A DNA stretch of 64,000 nt from Octopus sinensis (Eukaryota). The DNA is taken from the NCBI RefSeq assembly GCF_006345805.1, contig NC_042999.1, positions 150,598,001-150,662,000 of the forward strand, in the 5' to 3' direction. A program made the translations under genes and the position numbers. Positions 39,259-52,067 of this stretch are shown here, piece by piece; position 1 is the stretch's first letter, and every line of letters starts with the position of its first letter. The notes below the pieces were generated by a model that had not been told where the DNA came from, ran no database searches, and was given only the letters and a program-made list of their open reading frames with translations.

Positions 39259-39899
39259 AATGCTTAATTTTTGTTTTTATAAAAGAATCTTATAAACCAA
39301 ATGCGTAATATTTTTTCTCTGTGTGTGTATGCTTTTTCAAGTGAATTCAGTTTTTCAACATGTTCAATGCACAGTAAATCCTGTATAATGTCGTTTTTGT
39401 AATAGATTTCTTAGAAAAACTTCAGTACCAATCTTGTACTGAAATCAATGTTTTTGGTAAACACTCTCCCCTAAATTTCAGCGTTTCTGCCAAACATTTA
39501 GGGATCTTTTCTGTCTGTCTCACACATTCTGAAGCTCTAAAATTAAGTAAAACATTTCAAATTTGGTATATTGATGTAATTTTTTACGTTGAATATGATG
39601 TTATTCACTTGCTCCGGAGAAATTTTAGAAAAATGTTATAGAAAAAAGTTATAGTTTGAATATTTTTTTTTTTTACCCAATCAGAAAACAGGATTTTAAG
39701 GCTGGCATTTTTCGATTGAAGACATTGCAACGACAAAACATTCAACGGCAGAAGTTTTAAGAAGTTTTAATGAACTTCCGCCGTTGAAAAAATAAAACCA
39801 AAACATAAAGAATCAAAAGAAGAAACTGATCATTAAAAAAACAACCCCCACCCCCCAAAACATGTGATTCAGCTCATGTAAGCAATACATATTTTGTAG

Positions 39900-40056
39900 C
39901 GATATTTTAAAAACGACAGTTTGCGATGCACTCTGTCAAACAAATAACAGTTTTCGTACTCCTGCGTCACATAAGCTTGCAGAAATACGAGTCAAACACA
40001 GAACAGTAAGTGCCGCAGCGTCGTTTATTCCTTCATTTTACCGGGGCCCAGGTGCT
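39900..40056 (-). mobile_element. Merlin (IS1595/ISXO2-like) transposase C-terminal remnant
   Basis: Minus strand reads STWAPVK-RNKRRCGTY...DSYFCKLM*RR, the Merlin C-terminal motif. Confidence 0.75.
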
Positions 40057-40518
40057 TTACACCAACCCTGCTGTACTCTTCCTCTCTGTCTTCCTGTTTC
40101 TGTTGTATCTGTATTTTCAAAGGGCCAGCCGTGTCACACTCTGTGTCACGCTGAATCTCCCCGAGAACTACATTAAGGGTACACGTGTCTGTGGATTGCT
40201 CAGCCACTTGCACGTTAATTTCACGAGCAGGCTGTTCCATTGATCGGATCAACTGGAACCCTCGTCGTTGTAACCGACGGAGTGCCACGACGACGGTATA
40301 CTAAAAATAGAAACTGTAGAAGATGAGATCTAGATAATAATAAATTATCGTATTTAATGTTTTGCTATTCAACTTTCTGAGTTCAGATCTGTCGAAATAT
40401 ACTTAAACTTTTTGTCCGTTCCACATCAATGAACAACATGTGCTTATACAATGAAAATTTTATCATTCACAATCATCTTTTCATAAAGTCAGTAATTATG
40501 AGAGACTGCTCTCGGGGA

Positions 40519-40591
40519 GCCCGGCTAGCTCAGTCGGTAGAGCACGAGACTCTTAATCTCGGGGTCGTGGGTTCGAGCCCCACGTTGGGCG
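40519..40591 (+). tRNA. tRNA-Lys-CTT: tRNA-Lys(CUU)
   Basis: Identical to the consensus; duplicate of 37770. Confidence 0.97.
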
Positions 40592-41923
40592 CAACATAAT
40601 TTTGCTGGTTCTGAATCCTATCAAACTGTGGTCATGCTGGGGCACTACTTTCAACTTTTAGTCGAATGAAGACACCTGCCCAAGGAGCCACGCAGTGGGA
40701 CTGAACTTGGAACCGTGGTTGGGAAACAAGCTTCTTATCACACAGCGAAGAATATAAACATGAAAATTACATACGGTGCTTACAACGAAATCTTTTTTTA
40801 TACTAAGTTGTACAAAGTGATGATGTACTATGGACATCAAACAACGTTGGATTAGTCCTTCATCCCTCAAATAGAAGTTGATGATGATGAACTATAAACT
40901 TGAATATAGGGATTCCCATCCTTCAATGAATTCTCATTCCATCAACACCATCCCACATAATCCCACACAGGGTAAACGGCAGTTTTTGTCCTAAAGACGT
41001 ACTCTTTGGCAATATTATGATTCATATCTTTGTCCTAATTTAAAAGCGGTGAACTGGCAGAATCGTTAGCACACTGAACAAAAATGCTTAGTAGCATTTC
41101 ATCGGTTTTTTTATGTTCTGAGTTCAAATTCCGCCGAGGTTGACTTTGTCTTTCATCCTTTCGGGGGTCGATAAAATACATAACAGGTGAGTTCTGAAGT
41201 CGATGTAATCGACCACATTCCTTTCCCAGAATTGGAGGCCTTGTACCAATAATAGAACGGATCATTTCCTAACTTACTAAAATGGCGAGCTGTAAAAATC
41301 GTTAGCACGCTGAACAAAAGTGTTCTGCAGCATTTCGTTTGACCCTGCGTTCTGAGTTCAAATTCTGCCAAGGTCGACTTTGCCTTTCATCCTCTCGGGA
41401 TAGATAAAATGAGTACCAGTTGAACACTGGGGCCGATGTAATCGTCTTACTCCTCTCCCGAAATTTCTGTTGTAACTCATTTCTAGATCTAAATTATTTA
41501 GTAAAAATGACCCGGAAGTTGTTTCTCTTTGATTACTATTGCAAACAGCAGTAGCTTTCTTCAACCGAATACACGTCGTTGATTGGTTGAAATGACCTAA
41601 ATACGACAACATTAACACGAAATAACTTCTAAAATGCGAAATTTTGTCAAAAAACATTTCGTGTAAACCATGTTCTCCGTGAGAAATTCTACCAGTATTC
41701 GAAGTTTGAAACTGTTGAGTTAAAAAAAAAATAATTAAAAAATCTGTGATTGAGATGGAATGGAACCCCGACTGGAAAAATCGAAGACAAAACTTTGTAA
41801 CCATCAGAGCGTTTAGTAAAACGATCGCCATAATTATTGATAGCAGAGCCACTCCAGTGCGTGCTTCAGTTCTATCACCTTATAATAGAGTAAGTAGTTA
41901 TCAGAGAAGAACAAATCTGTGCA

Positions 41924-41996
41924 GCCCGGCTAGCTCAGTCGGTAGAGCACGAGACTCTTAATCTCGGGGTCGTGGGTTCGAGCCCCACGTTGGGCG
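41924..41996 (+). tRNA. tRNA-Lys-CTT: tRNA-Lys(CUU)
   Basis: Identical to the consensus; duplicate of 39186. Confidence 0.97.
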
Positions 41997-42709
41997 AATG
42001 CTTAATTTTTGTTTTTATAAAAGAATCTTATAAACCAAATGCGTAATATTTTTTCTCTGTGTGTGTATGCTTTTTCAAGTGAATTCAGTTTTTCAACATG
42101 TTCAATGCACAGTAAATCCTGTATAATGTCGTTTTTGTAATAGATTTCTTAGAAAAACTTCAGTACCAATCAAGTACTGAAATCAATGTATTTGGTAAAC
42201 ACTCTCCCCTAAATTTCAGCGTTTCTGCCAAACATTCAGGGATCTTTTCTGTCTGTCTCACACTTTCTGAAGCTTTAAAATTAAGTAAAAATTTTCAAAT
42301 TTGGTATATTGATGTAATTTTTTACGCTGAATATGATGTTATTCACTTGCTCCGGAGAAATTTTAGAAAAACCTTATAAAAAAAAAGTTACAGTTTGAAA
42401 TTTTTTTTTTACCCAATCAGAAAACAGGATTTTAAGGCTGGCATTTTTCGAGTGAAGACATTACAACAACAAAACATTCAACGGCAGAAGTTTTAAGAAG
42501 TTTTAATGAACTTCCGCCGTTGAAAAAATAAAACCAAAACATAAAGAATCAAAAGAAGAAACTGATCATTAAAAAAACAACCCCCACCCCCCAAAACATG
42601 TGATTCAGCTCATGTAAGCAATACATATTTTGTAGCGATATTTCAAAAACGACAGTTTGTGATGTACTCTGTCAAACAAATAACAATTTTCGTACTCCTA
42701 CGCCACGTA

Positions 42710-43961
42710 CGAGGGGCGTTCAATAAGTAATGCCCCTGACCCACTTGCAGTTGTTTGATCTAGCTGAAATTTTGCATGTGCACTTATTTATACCTCTATA
42801 GATTAAGCTCTGAACTAATTGTGGTTTCTGATTTACAGGTGTTTGAACTGAGTCAAGTGTGAAATGGAGCCTGTTGAGTGTCGAGCAGTGATCTGGTTTT
42901 TGTATTTGAAAGGACGCACACCACGGGAGACTTTTGATGAAATGAAAGTAACTTATGGTGATGATGCCCCATCATATGACCTTGTAAAACGCTGGCATTG
43001 TGAATTCAAACATAGTCGGAACTCTGTGGAAACAGCTCCCAGATCTGGTCGCCCCCTTCTGCCGTTGATGAGACGTCTGTCCGTCAAGTTGAGGCTGCCA
43101 TTTTGGAAGGTCAACGCATAACTATTCGCCAAATAGCCCATAAGGTCAAGATTAGTACCGGGTCTGTGGAAACTATCATTCATGACCATTTGCATATGCA
43201 AAAGGTGTCTGCCAGATGGATTTCCAGGTTGCTCACACCTTTCCAGAAGCAAGAACGCGTTGAGTGCTCGAGGAGGAATTTGGAGATGTGCCAAGAAGAT
43301 GAGTCAAAATTTTTCAAAAGACTGATCACACAGGATAATACCTGGGTCCATCACTATGATCCATAGACCAAAGCCCAGTCAATGCAGTGAAAGCACCGTG
43401 ACTCACCTCCTCCAAAGAAGGCAAGGGTGCAGCCCTCCGCTGACAAGGTTATGCTCACAGTCTTCTGGGACCAGGACGGAGTAGTGATGACAGATTTCCT
43501 GGCAAAGGGTACCACAATTACAGGAGCCTATTATGCTTCACTTTTGAGGAAATTAAGAGAAGCTATCAAAATCAAGAGGCGGGGCAAGATCAGCAAAGGC
43601 ATCCTCCTCCTACACGACAACGCTCCGGTCCACAACTCGCGTGTCGCCAGATCAGAAGCACAGGCGTGCAGCTATGAACTCCTCCCCTTTCACCCTCTGA
43701 TTTTCACCTCTTCCCAGCCATGAAGTTGATTTTGAAAGGAAAACGTTTCCCAGATGATGCAGCCTTGATTTCTGAAGTCACGTCGTGGTTGGAGGACCAA
43801 GCTGGGGTCTTCTACAAAAACGGTCTCCAGAGCTGTATCAAACGATGGGAGAAATGCATAACTCTGGGTAGTTCCTATGTAGGAAAAGACTAAGTGCCAA
43901 GTGTCGTTGCTCTACTGCTATGGGAAGTGGGTCAGGGGCATTACTTATTGAACGCCCCTCG
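42710..43961 (+). mobile_element. Full-length mariner (DD34D) element, 1252 bp, inactivated transposase
   Basis: Perfect 37-bp TIRs (cgaggggcgttcaataagtaatgcccctgacccactt) with TA at 42708-42709 and 43962-43963. The transposase from 42864 (PRSGRP, ARWISRLL, ITQDNTWVHHYDP, LLHDNAPVH, PSDFHLFP) has stops, frameshifts and loss of the YSPDL motif. Confidence 0.97.
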
Positions 43962-43963
43962 TA

Positions 43964-44460
43964 AGATTACAGAAATACGAGTCAACCACAGAACAGTAAG
44001 TGCCACAGCGTCGTTTATTCCTTCATTTTACCTGGGCCCAGGTGCTTTACAGTTTTTGCGTGTGGGTACCATCTTTCGAGTTAATAAACATAATGAACTT
44101 GTTCACTGTTCTATGGTGAAAATTATAACCATCAATTTCAGGAATGTGAGAGTAGGTCCTCCCCAAGTCACTGAAAATTGTGATTGCTGGTAGAATCGAC
44201 TAACGTATGCATTCCTCCTGTGTGTCACAATTCCGACATGGCATCGCTTAAAGACAAGCATGGCTGGTCTGGCGACACACTTCAGTGCTCATGTAGCATC
44301 CCTTCTCGGAACTATTTACGTCTTGAGAAAATTGTTTCGTCTCTCTCAACAATCTTCTCACGACCGCCAATCTGAATGGGTTGTGGGGCAGGTTCTAAGT
44401 ACATATTTCACGAACATAGCTGTTGTAATCAAGTCATGCAGTGACAAGCAGATTATTGGT
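43964..44460 (-). mobile_element. Merlin-like transposase remnant (diverged copy)
   Basis: Aligns to 46220-46700; GTHTQKL-STWAQVK-RNKRRCGT. Confidence 0.75.
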
Positions 44461-45613
44461 TTACTATACATTAATTTCAAAGTTTAAAAGCTGTTACTTA
44501 TTTTCTAATTAATTTATGGCAAAAGTAAACCTCATTTCTATAATAAGCATACAAAACTATTTCAATGTAGCAAATTTGAAATCAATTGGAACAAAACTGA
44601 AGTAACAGAAAAGTGTGAGCCAAAAAGAAAGATCCACGTTTTGTGTAAATAAGCAGAGGGATATTTTGGTTATAAATAATAGAGGCAGCAAGTTGGCAAA
44701 ATGGTTAGCACGCCTGACAAAATGCTTAGCGGCATTTCGTCCGTCTTCACGTTCTGAGTTCAACTTTCGCTGAGGTCGACTTCGCCTTTCTTCATTTCGG
44801 GGTCGATGAAATACATAATAGTTGAGTACTGAGGTTGATGTAATCGACTATCCCACTTTCCCAAAATTGCAGGCCTTGTGCTGATTGTGGAAATGACTAT
44901 TTCCTAAATTTATTAAAGCGGTGAGCTGGCAAAATCGTTAGCACGCCGGATGAAAACCCTTTGCGACATTTCGTCTGTCCTTACTTTCAGGGCTCAAATT
45001 CTGCCGATGTCGACTTTGCTTTTTATCAATTCTGAATAAATACAATAGGTACCAGTCAAACACTGGGGTCGATGTAATCGACTTACTCCCCCACCACCAA
45101 AATTGCTGGCCTAGTTTATTTCCAAACTCATTTCTCTTCAAATGGTTTTTTTTATGTATACATATTGTATTTTGTATGTTTTCAGGTTTTTATTTTTATG
45201 CGTGAAAGTGAACGTGTTGCTTTTTCATGCCCGAAAATCAGTGGAAAAATTTATTTCATATTACGGTATTTCGCGAAGGAAACTTATGGCTGAATAAATC
45301 GATTGAATTAGTGATAATCCACCGCTTGAGGGGTTCTTAACGAAATCTGTGACATTAGCGAAATGTCATATATAGAGAGGTTACCTAAAGAACAACAACG
45401 TTATTCATGATTACGCAGTAAATTAAACGAACGGAGGAATCAATTACATATTTTTATTAGGAATTAATAACAACTAATTACAAAATAATTACAATTAGTT
45501 TTAAGATAATTATTAAATAATATATAAGTATTAGCAAATAATGTATAATATATCAATTAACGTAAAATTGTTAGCAAAATGTTCTTTCTTAAAAAAAAAA
45601 AAAAAGTGCATTT

Positions 45614-45686
45614 CGCCCAACGTGGGGCTCGAACCCACGACCCCGAGATTAAGAGTCTCGTGCTCTACCGACTGAGCTAGCCGGGC
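45614..45686 (-). tRNA. tRNA-Lys-CTT: tRNA-Lys(CUU), inverted copy
   Basis: Exact reverse complement of the consensus; a long A run (T run on the minus strand) at 45592-45605. Confidence 0.97.
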
Positions 45687-45958
45687 TGCTGGCGTATCCG
45701 CAAAATAATAATTATGAAGTTTATCACAATGTAATAGAACTGAAAGTGGATTTTATCTTTTATCTTTCACTTGTTTCAGTTTTTAGGCTATAGCCATACA
45801 GGGGCACCGCCTTGAAGGATTTTAGTTGAACGAACCGACCCCAGTAATTTTTCTTTAATTATTCTATCGGTGCCTTATTGCCGAACCGCTAAGTTAGTGG
45901 GACGTAAGCACACCTACACCGGTTGTCAAACGTTGACGGGGTACAAACATATACACAA

Positions 45959-45994
<36 letters not shown>

Positions 45995-46219
45995 GAAAGC
46001 ATTTTTTTTTTCAGTTTCCGTCTAACAAATTTACTCAAAGGATTTGGTGGGCACGAGGCTATAGTAGAAGTCACTTGACCAAAGATCAACATGATCAGTA
46101 GTTTTCACCTTGAAGGAACAAAAAGATAAAGAGAACTTTCGCGGATTTGAACTCGAAAAACGAAATTAAATGCATCAATCTATTGCCCTTCGCATGTAAT
46201 ACCTCTACGGAAAGTCTCA

Positions 46220-46700
46220 CAGAACAGTGAGTGCCGCAGCGTCGTTTATTACTTCGTTTTATCGGGGCCCAGGTGCTTTCTAATTTTTGGTGTGGGTACC
46301 ATCTTTCCAGTTAATAAACACAACGCTGTGGTTTACTGTTCTATGGTGGAAATTATAACCATCAATTTCAGGAGTAAGTGAGTAGGTCCTCCCCAAATCA
46401 CTGAAAATTGTGGTTCCTGGAAGAATCGACTGCCGTATGCATCCCTCCACTGTGTCGCGTCCAACATGGCACCGCTTAAAAACAAATATATCTGTGCTCG
46501 CGACATACTCCTTCCAGGACCCATTGCTCAGGCAGCATTCCTCCTCGGACATATTTACATCTTGAGAAGATTGTTTCGTCTCCATCAACAATCTTCTCAG
46601 GGGTTGCGGGGCAGGATCTAAGTACATATTTCACGAACATAGCTGTTGTAAGCAACTGTCGTGCAATGAGAAGCACACTACACCTTGGCTTGTAACTATG
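46220..46700 (-). mobile_element. Merlin (IS1595/ISXO2-like) DDE transposase fragment
   Basis: YVREIC, VDGDETIFSRCKYVRG..EQWVLEGVCRE, RDTVEGCIRQSILPGTTIFSD, HRTVNHSVVFINWKDGTHT, then after a frameshift ESTWAPIKRSNKRRCGTH. Confidence 0.88.
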
Positions 46701-46807
46701 GAAACAGGCATCAACAGGCCTGTGGATTTCGATTGGCTAAGGGTACCCAACATTTCAAAGTTTAGAAGCTATTAACCTTCTATTTATAAATTTATGGCAG
46801 AAGTCAC

Positions 46808-47085
46808 TGTGGGAATGAAGTGAGCCATGACGTCAATGGTCAAAAGACTGACTGGAAGAGGAAGCGTGAGAAGGGAAGTGCGGGGGACACAGGACAGGAT
46901 CGGCCGCTTTTGACTGGCCGAGACATCGTGAATGGACGTCAGGGGATTCGCTCGCGGGTTGGTCAGATAGCAGCTGCTTATACTGGGTGATAGGGTAGGG
47001 CAGGATCGTTGGAGTGACTACTACTAGACAGGCGCAGACGTGAGAGGAAGGTAGGTGAACCTCTTTTCCTTTCCCAAGCACGACA
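46808..47085. mobile_element. Solo LTR, 278 bp
   Basis: GC-rich island starting TG and ending CA. 5-bp TSD gtcac/gtcaa, perfect gtcac/gtcac in the paralog. Confidence 0.7.
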
Positions 47086-47420
47086 GTCAATGGAAACTGT
47101 GATTCCTGGGAGAAACGAGTGACGTATGCATTCCTCCAGTGTGTCGCGTTTCTGACATGGCACTGCTTAAAGACAAATATGTCTGGTCTCGCTCCACACT
47201 CCTCTGAGAACCCATTGCTCTCTTAGCTTCCCTCCTTGGCCATATTTACGCCTTGAGAAGATTGTTTCGTCTCTCTCAACAATCTTCTCACGACCGCCAA
47301 TCTGAATGGGTTGTGGGGCAGGTTCTAAGCACATATTTCACGATCATAGCTGTTGAAATCAACATCCGTGCAATGACAAGCAGACTGCATCTCGGCTTGC
47401 TACTACAGAAAAAAGCACCA
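47086..47420 (-). mobile_element. Second, more diverged Merlin transposase fragment
   Basis: RDTLEECIRHSFLPGITVS; aligns to 46380-46700. Confidence 0.75.
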
Positions 47421-47764
47421 ATTTCAACGTTTAAAAGCTTTTAACTATTAACTTTTTGTTTATTACTTCATGGCAAAAGTGAACCTCATTTCCATAATTA
47501 GCATCGAAAACTATACTAATACAGAAAATTTGAAATCAATTGAAACAAAATTGAAGGAACTGAAAAAGATTCGCATTCAATATTATAAATATGCAGCGGA
47601 TTATTTTGATTATAATAGAGGTAACAAGTTGGCAAAATCGTTAACACGCCGGTCAAAATGCTTAGCGGCATTTCGTCGGTCTTTACGTTCTGAGTTCAAA
47701 TTCCGATGAGGTTGACTTTGCGTTTCATCCTTTTGCAGTTGATAAAATATATATTTTAACTATG

Positions 47765-48178
47765 GAGCCAAAAGTGAAAAAACGTGGTTGACCTAATTGT
47801 GGCACATGCCCCCACCTTTTGGAGGGTTCAGAGTTCCACTTTAAACAAGGTGAAATATTTAACATTAAATCAAATTTCACCTGTGCCTCGGAAAATCTAA
47901 TCTATACCATTACATGCTTAAGGTGCGGTAATCAGTATATTAGCCAAACAGGAATATCACTCCATCGAAGAACCACTTACCATAAAGAACAAATCCATCA
48001 CCTACAATACAGACACAAACAGGTCACTTTCCACATAGAAAGCTGTGCTAGGAACCTTACTCTTAATTTCCTAATTATCCCCTTCTATCAATGTTCACAG
48101 AACACCTCAGTACAGCAAAAAATGAATAAAGAGGCAACTTTCATCAATAAAAATAATAAGTGGAAATTTTACCGGTGA
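47765..48178 (+). mobile_element. Penelope-like (Neptune-type) GIY-YIG endonuclease fragment
   Basis: PNCGTCPHLL...FNIKSNFTCASENLIYTITCLRCGNQYISQTGISLHRRTTYHKEQI...KEATFI: a cysteine linker plus GIY-YIG motifs. Confidence 0.82.
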
Positions 48179-48581
48179 GTGTGTTAAATTATAAGGCACA
48201 AAAAGAAAATGACTCTCCCCAGACACAACAGAATCTACTTCAACACACGAACTCATATAAAGAATCTTGCAAACCAAATCCCAAAACGAAATATATGTGT
48301 GTGTGTGTGTCTTTGTGTATATGTTTTGTACACCATCACCGCTCGACAACCGGTACTGGTGTGTTTACGTCCTCGTAACTTAACAGTTCGGCAATAAGAC
48401 ACCGATAGAATAATTAAAGAAAAATTACTGGCGTCGGTTCGTTCAACTAAAATCCTTCAAGGCGGTGCCCCAGTATGGCCATAGTCTAACAACTGAAACA
48501 AGTGAAGGTTAAAGATAATATCCACTTCCAGTTCTAAGACATGGTGATAAAGTCAATTATTATTTAACAATGCAGCATGCA

Positions 48582-48654
48582 GCCCGGCTAGCTCAGTCGG
48601 TAGAGCACGAGACTCTTAATCTCGGGGTCGTGGGTTCGAACCCCACGTTGGGCG
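48582..48654 (+). tRNA. tRNA-Lys-CTT: tRNA-Lys(CUU), G59A variant
   Basis: One T-loop substitution (TTCGAAC); T-run terminator. Confidence 0.96.
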
Positions 48655-49334
48655 GAATACTTTTTTTCTTTTAAGGAGAATTTGATAGTGTTATAAATGA
48701 TATATTATTTAATAATGATAATCATATATTATTTAATAATTACGTCATATGTAAACAAACATAAGTTTGTTTTTGAAGCGTTGAAATGTAATGATAGAAT
48801 ACCATGTATAGGATAAAATCCTTATGCTGTTCTATCAGTTTTTACGCGTTGAAAAATATAACTCTCTATTTGTTAGTTAATAATTATTTTAAAACTAGCT
48901 TTAATAATTATTTTGTAATTAGTTATTATTAATCTCTAATAAAAATATGAAATTGGCTACTCTGTTCGTTTAATTTACTGAGTAATCATGAATAACGTTA
49001 TTATTATTCAGGCAACCTCATTACGGGAATCCTTCAAACGGAGGATTGTCACTATTTCCATCAATTCATTTAGCCATGAGTTTCCTTCGAACATTTATGA
49101 TCGATAAAATTGATACCAATCAAATACTAGGGACCATTTAATTGACTGCTTCCTTTCCCCAGACGTCAGGTCTTGTGTCTATGTTAGAAATGGAAAAAAA
49201 AATTACAGTTGGTGCCCTGGCAGAAGTGTTACAGACTCGGGAAATGCCGTTCACTATTTCTTAGTGATCTTTATATTCTCAGTTCAAATCCCGCCGAAAA
49301 CAACTTTATGGGTTTGGTAAAATAAAGTAACCAG

Positions 49335-49720
49335 TAGGCGTAGGAGTGGCTGTGTGGTAAGTAGCTTGCTTACCAACCACATGGTTCCAGGTTCAGTTCC
49401 ACTGCGTAGCACCTTGGGCAAGTGTCTTCTACTATAGCCTCGGGCCGACCAGAGCCTTGTGAGTGGATTTGGTAGACGGAAGCTGAAAGAAGCCCGTCAT
49501 ATATATGTGTGTGTGTGTATATGTATGTTTGTATGTCTGTGTGTGTCCCCCCAACATCGCTTGACAACCGATGCTGGTGTGTTTACGTCCCCGTAACTTA
49601 GCGGTTACAAAGCGGTTATTAGGCTTGTAAAGAATAAGTCCTGGGGTCGAATTGCTCGACTACAGGCAGTGCTCCAGAATGGCCACAGTCAAATAACTGA
49701 AACAAGTAAAAGAGTAAAGA
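49335..49720 (+). mobile_element. SINE family B, full length
   Basis: As 25948-26345. Confidence 0.88.
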
Positions 49721-50011
49721 GTGAATTACTGTAGTCGAAGGTATCGGCCATTCCAACCTCGAAATTTTAAGCCTTGTAACCAGAGGATGAGAGAAGCAAG
49801 AATCGATAGAACTCTGGACAAAACGTCTAGTTGTATTTTATTATGTTCTGAGTTCAAATTCCGTCAATGCCGACTTTGCCTCTCACCTTTTGGTAACGAA
49901 ATAGTAAATTCCCAGAGAATCTTTCACTTTTGAATCTCAGACTTCGCCCTTTTCCGTGAGCACGTGCTGACTTGTCATCTGTAAACGCTCACACACACAC
50001 GCTCACACACG

Positions 50012-50125
<114 letters not shown>

Positions 50126-50252
50126 AGAGGCGTGTTTACAGTTGACAAGAAAAATACCTGCTTTCAGATAAGGTTTTCTGATTGGATAAAAAGTTTCCCT
50201 GAGATTAACGAAGATCGTGACAAGTCTGGGATTCAAAACGAAGATGGCCAAA

Positions 50253-50283
<31 letters not shown>

Positions 50284-50603
50284 ATAGAATTAACAAAATA
50301 CCTTATTAAAATCACAATCTTACAGAAATAATTGTTAGTGTTCAAGATGAATCTTGTTAAGGAGGTCAAGTTATACAACTTCGAAATCTATTCTAAATTA
50401 CATCCTCATACTCTCATTAACTAATTCCATGTATATTTTGGAAAATACCACCGACTGGAAAAATCGAAGATAAAATGTAATCATCAGAGCATTTAGTAAA
50501 ACGACCGCCGTAATTACTGACAGCACAGATATTCTAGTTAGCACTTCAGTTCTATGACCTTGTAATAAAGAAAGTAATTATTATTGAATCTGGTAACTGA
50601 TCA

Positions 50604-50676
50604 GCCCGGCTAGCTCAGTCGGTAGAGCACGAGACTCTTAATCTCGGGGTCGTGGGTTCGAGCCCCACGTTGGGCG
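50604..50676 (+). tRNA. tRNA-Lys-CTT: tRNA-Lys(CUU)
   Basis: Identical to the consensus; T6 at 50682-50687. Confidence 0.97.
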
Positions 50677-51024
50677 AATGATTTTTTCTTTGTGTTATTT
50701 TTAGTACATTCCATTTTTCAGTGGGTGTTCAGCGAGTAAATCTATAGCATCCCTTTTCTATCAAATTTCTCCGCAAATCTTCAGTACAAATCAAGGAGTG
50801 AGGTTGATGTTTTCGATTAACCCTCACGCGGTCCTTCTGCCCATGTTAAAAATATTGTTAATTATTATAAATACGAACAGGGATTCTATTATAAATAAAA
50901 GAGGCGGTGAATTGACAGAATCGTTAGCATACTGGGAAAAATGCATAGTGGCATTTCGTCCGTCTTTACGTTTTGAGTTCAAATTCTTGCCATTCATTCT
51001 TCCAGGTCCGATAAAATAAATACC

Positions 51025-51249
51025 TATTTCTTTATTACCCACAAGGGGCTAAACACAGAGGGGACAAACAAGGACAGACATAGGTATTAAGTCGATTACA
51101 TCGACCCCAGTGCGTAACTGGTACTTAATTTATCGACCCCGAAAGGATGAAAGACAAAGTCGACCAAGGCGGAATTTGAACTCACAACGTAACGGCAGAC
51201 GAAATACCGCTAAGCATTTCGCCCGGCGTGCTAACGTTTCTGCCAGCTG
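51025..51249 (-). mobile_element. SINE family A inserted into an older SINE A
   Basis: Absent at the paralogous site ~62775; short aatacc duplication on both sides. Confidence 0.85.
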
Positions 51250-51866
51250 AATACCAGTTGAGCACTGAGGTCGCTCCCCATCCCCTACAAATTTCATATC
51301 TTGTACATATACAAAGGATGGGGAATTCTGCTTTGAGCACCCTAATAACTCATCATAACTTTGTTATTTTTTTGGAATTTTCAGAAAATTCTTGTGCATT
51401 TGTATTCTACACGCAGGAATTCATGCAACTAGGAAAAACAAAATTTTTGAATTTTTCGAATTAAAAATTAAAAAAAAAATTTTTTTGAATTTTTAAAAAT
51501 CAGTTTAAAATACGGAATTGTTTTTTTTTTTTTTTGCTTAGATGCCAGCAATAGACAATTAAATGTGTATATGGGGAGAAGGATATTGAAAAACATCAAT
51601 ACGTCAGTGACAAAGAAACGAGAACAGCCCTTAAATCATACACAAATAAATCCTCCTCCAAAACCCCAGGCTTTGTTAAAACAAACAGGGTGGTGGTTGG
51701 GCAGAATCGGGAAATTTCAGAGAATCTGGGCGAGGTACAGTTGTGTGGTGAGAAGTTTGTTTCCCAATCACATAGTTCTGGGTTCAGTCCCACTCGTGGC
51801 TATAGCCTCGGGTAGACCACAGCATTGTGAGTGGGTTTGGTAGACGGAAATTGAAGGAGGCCTGTC

Positions 51867-51930
<64 letters not shown>

Positions 51931-52067
51931 TTTATATTATAATGAGGGTACTACTATTAGTAGATACCAACACGCTAAGAGGGACCAATGCGGTCAAAAC
52001 TACTAAAAATAAACAAAATATTACCGAATGCAAAACTTCAAAACACATCATTTTAAAAAAGAATTCA

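Larger units (their letters stand above)
37315..44051 (+). repeat. Tandem segmental duplication, unit ~2749 bp (37315-40063 / 40064-42707 + 43964-44051)
   Basis: Colinear near-identical copies, each with two tRNA-Lys genes. The second copy is interrupted by mariner. Confidence 0.95.
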
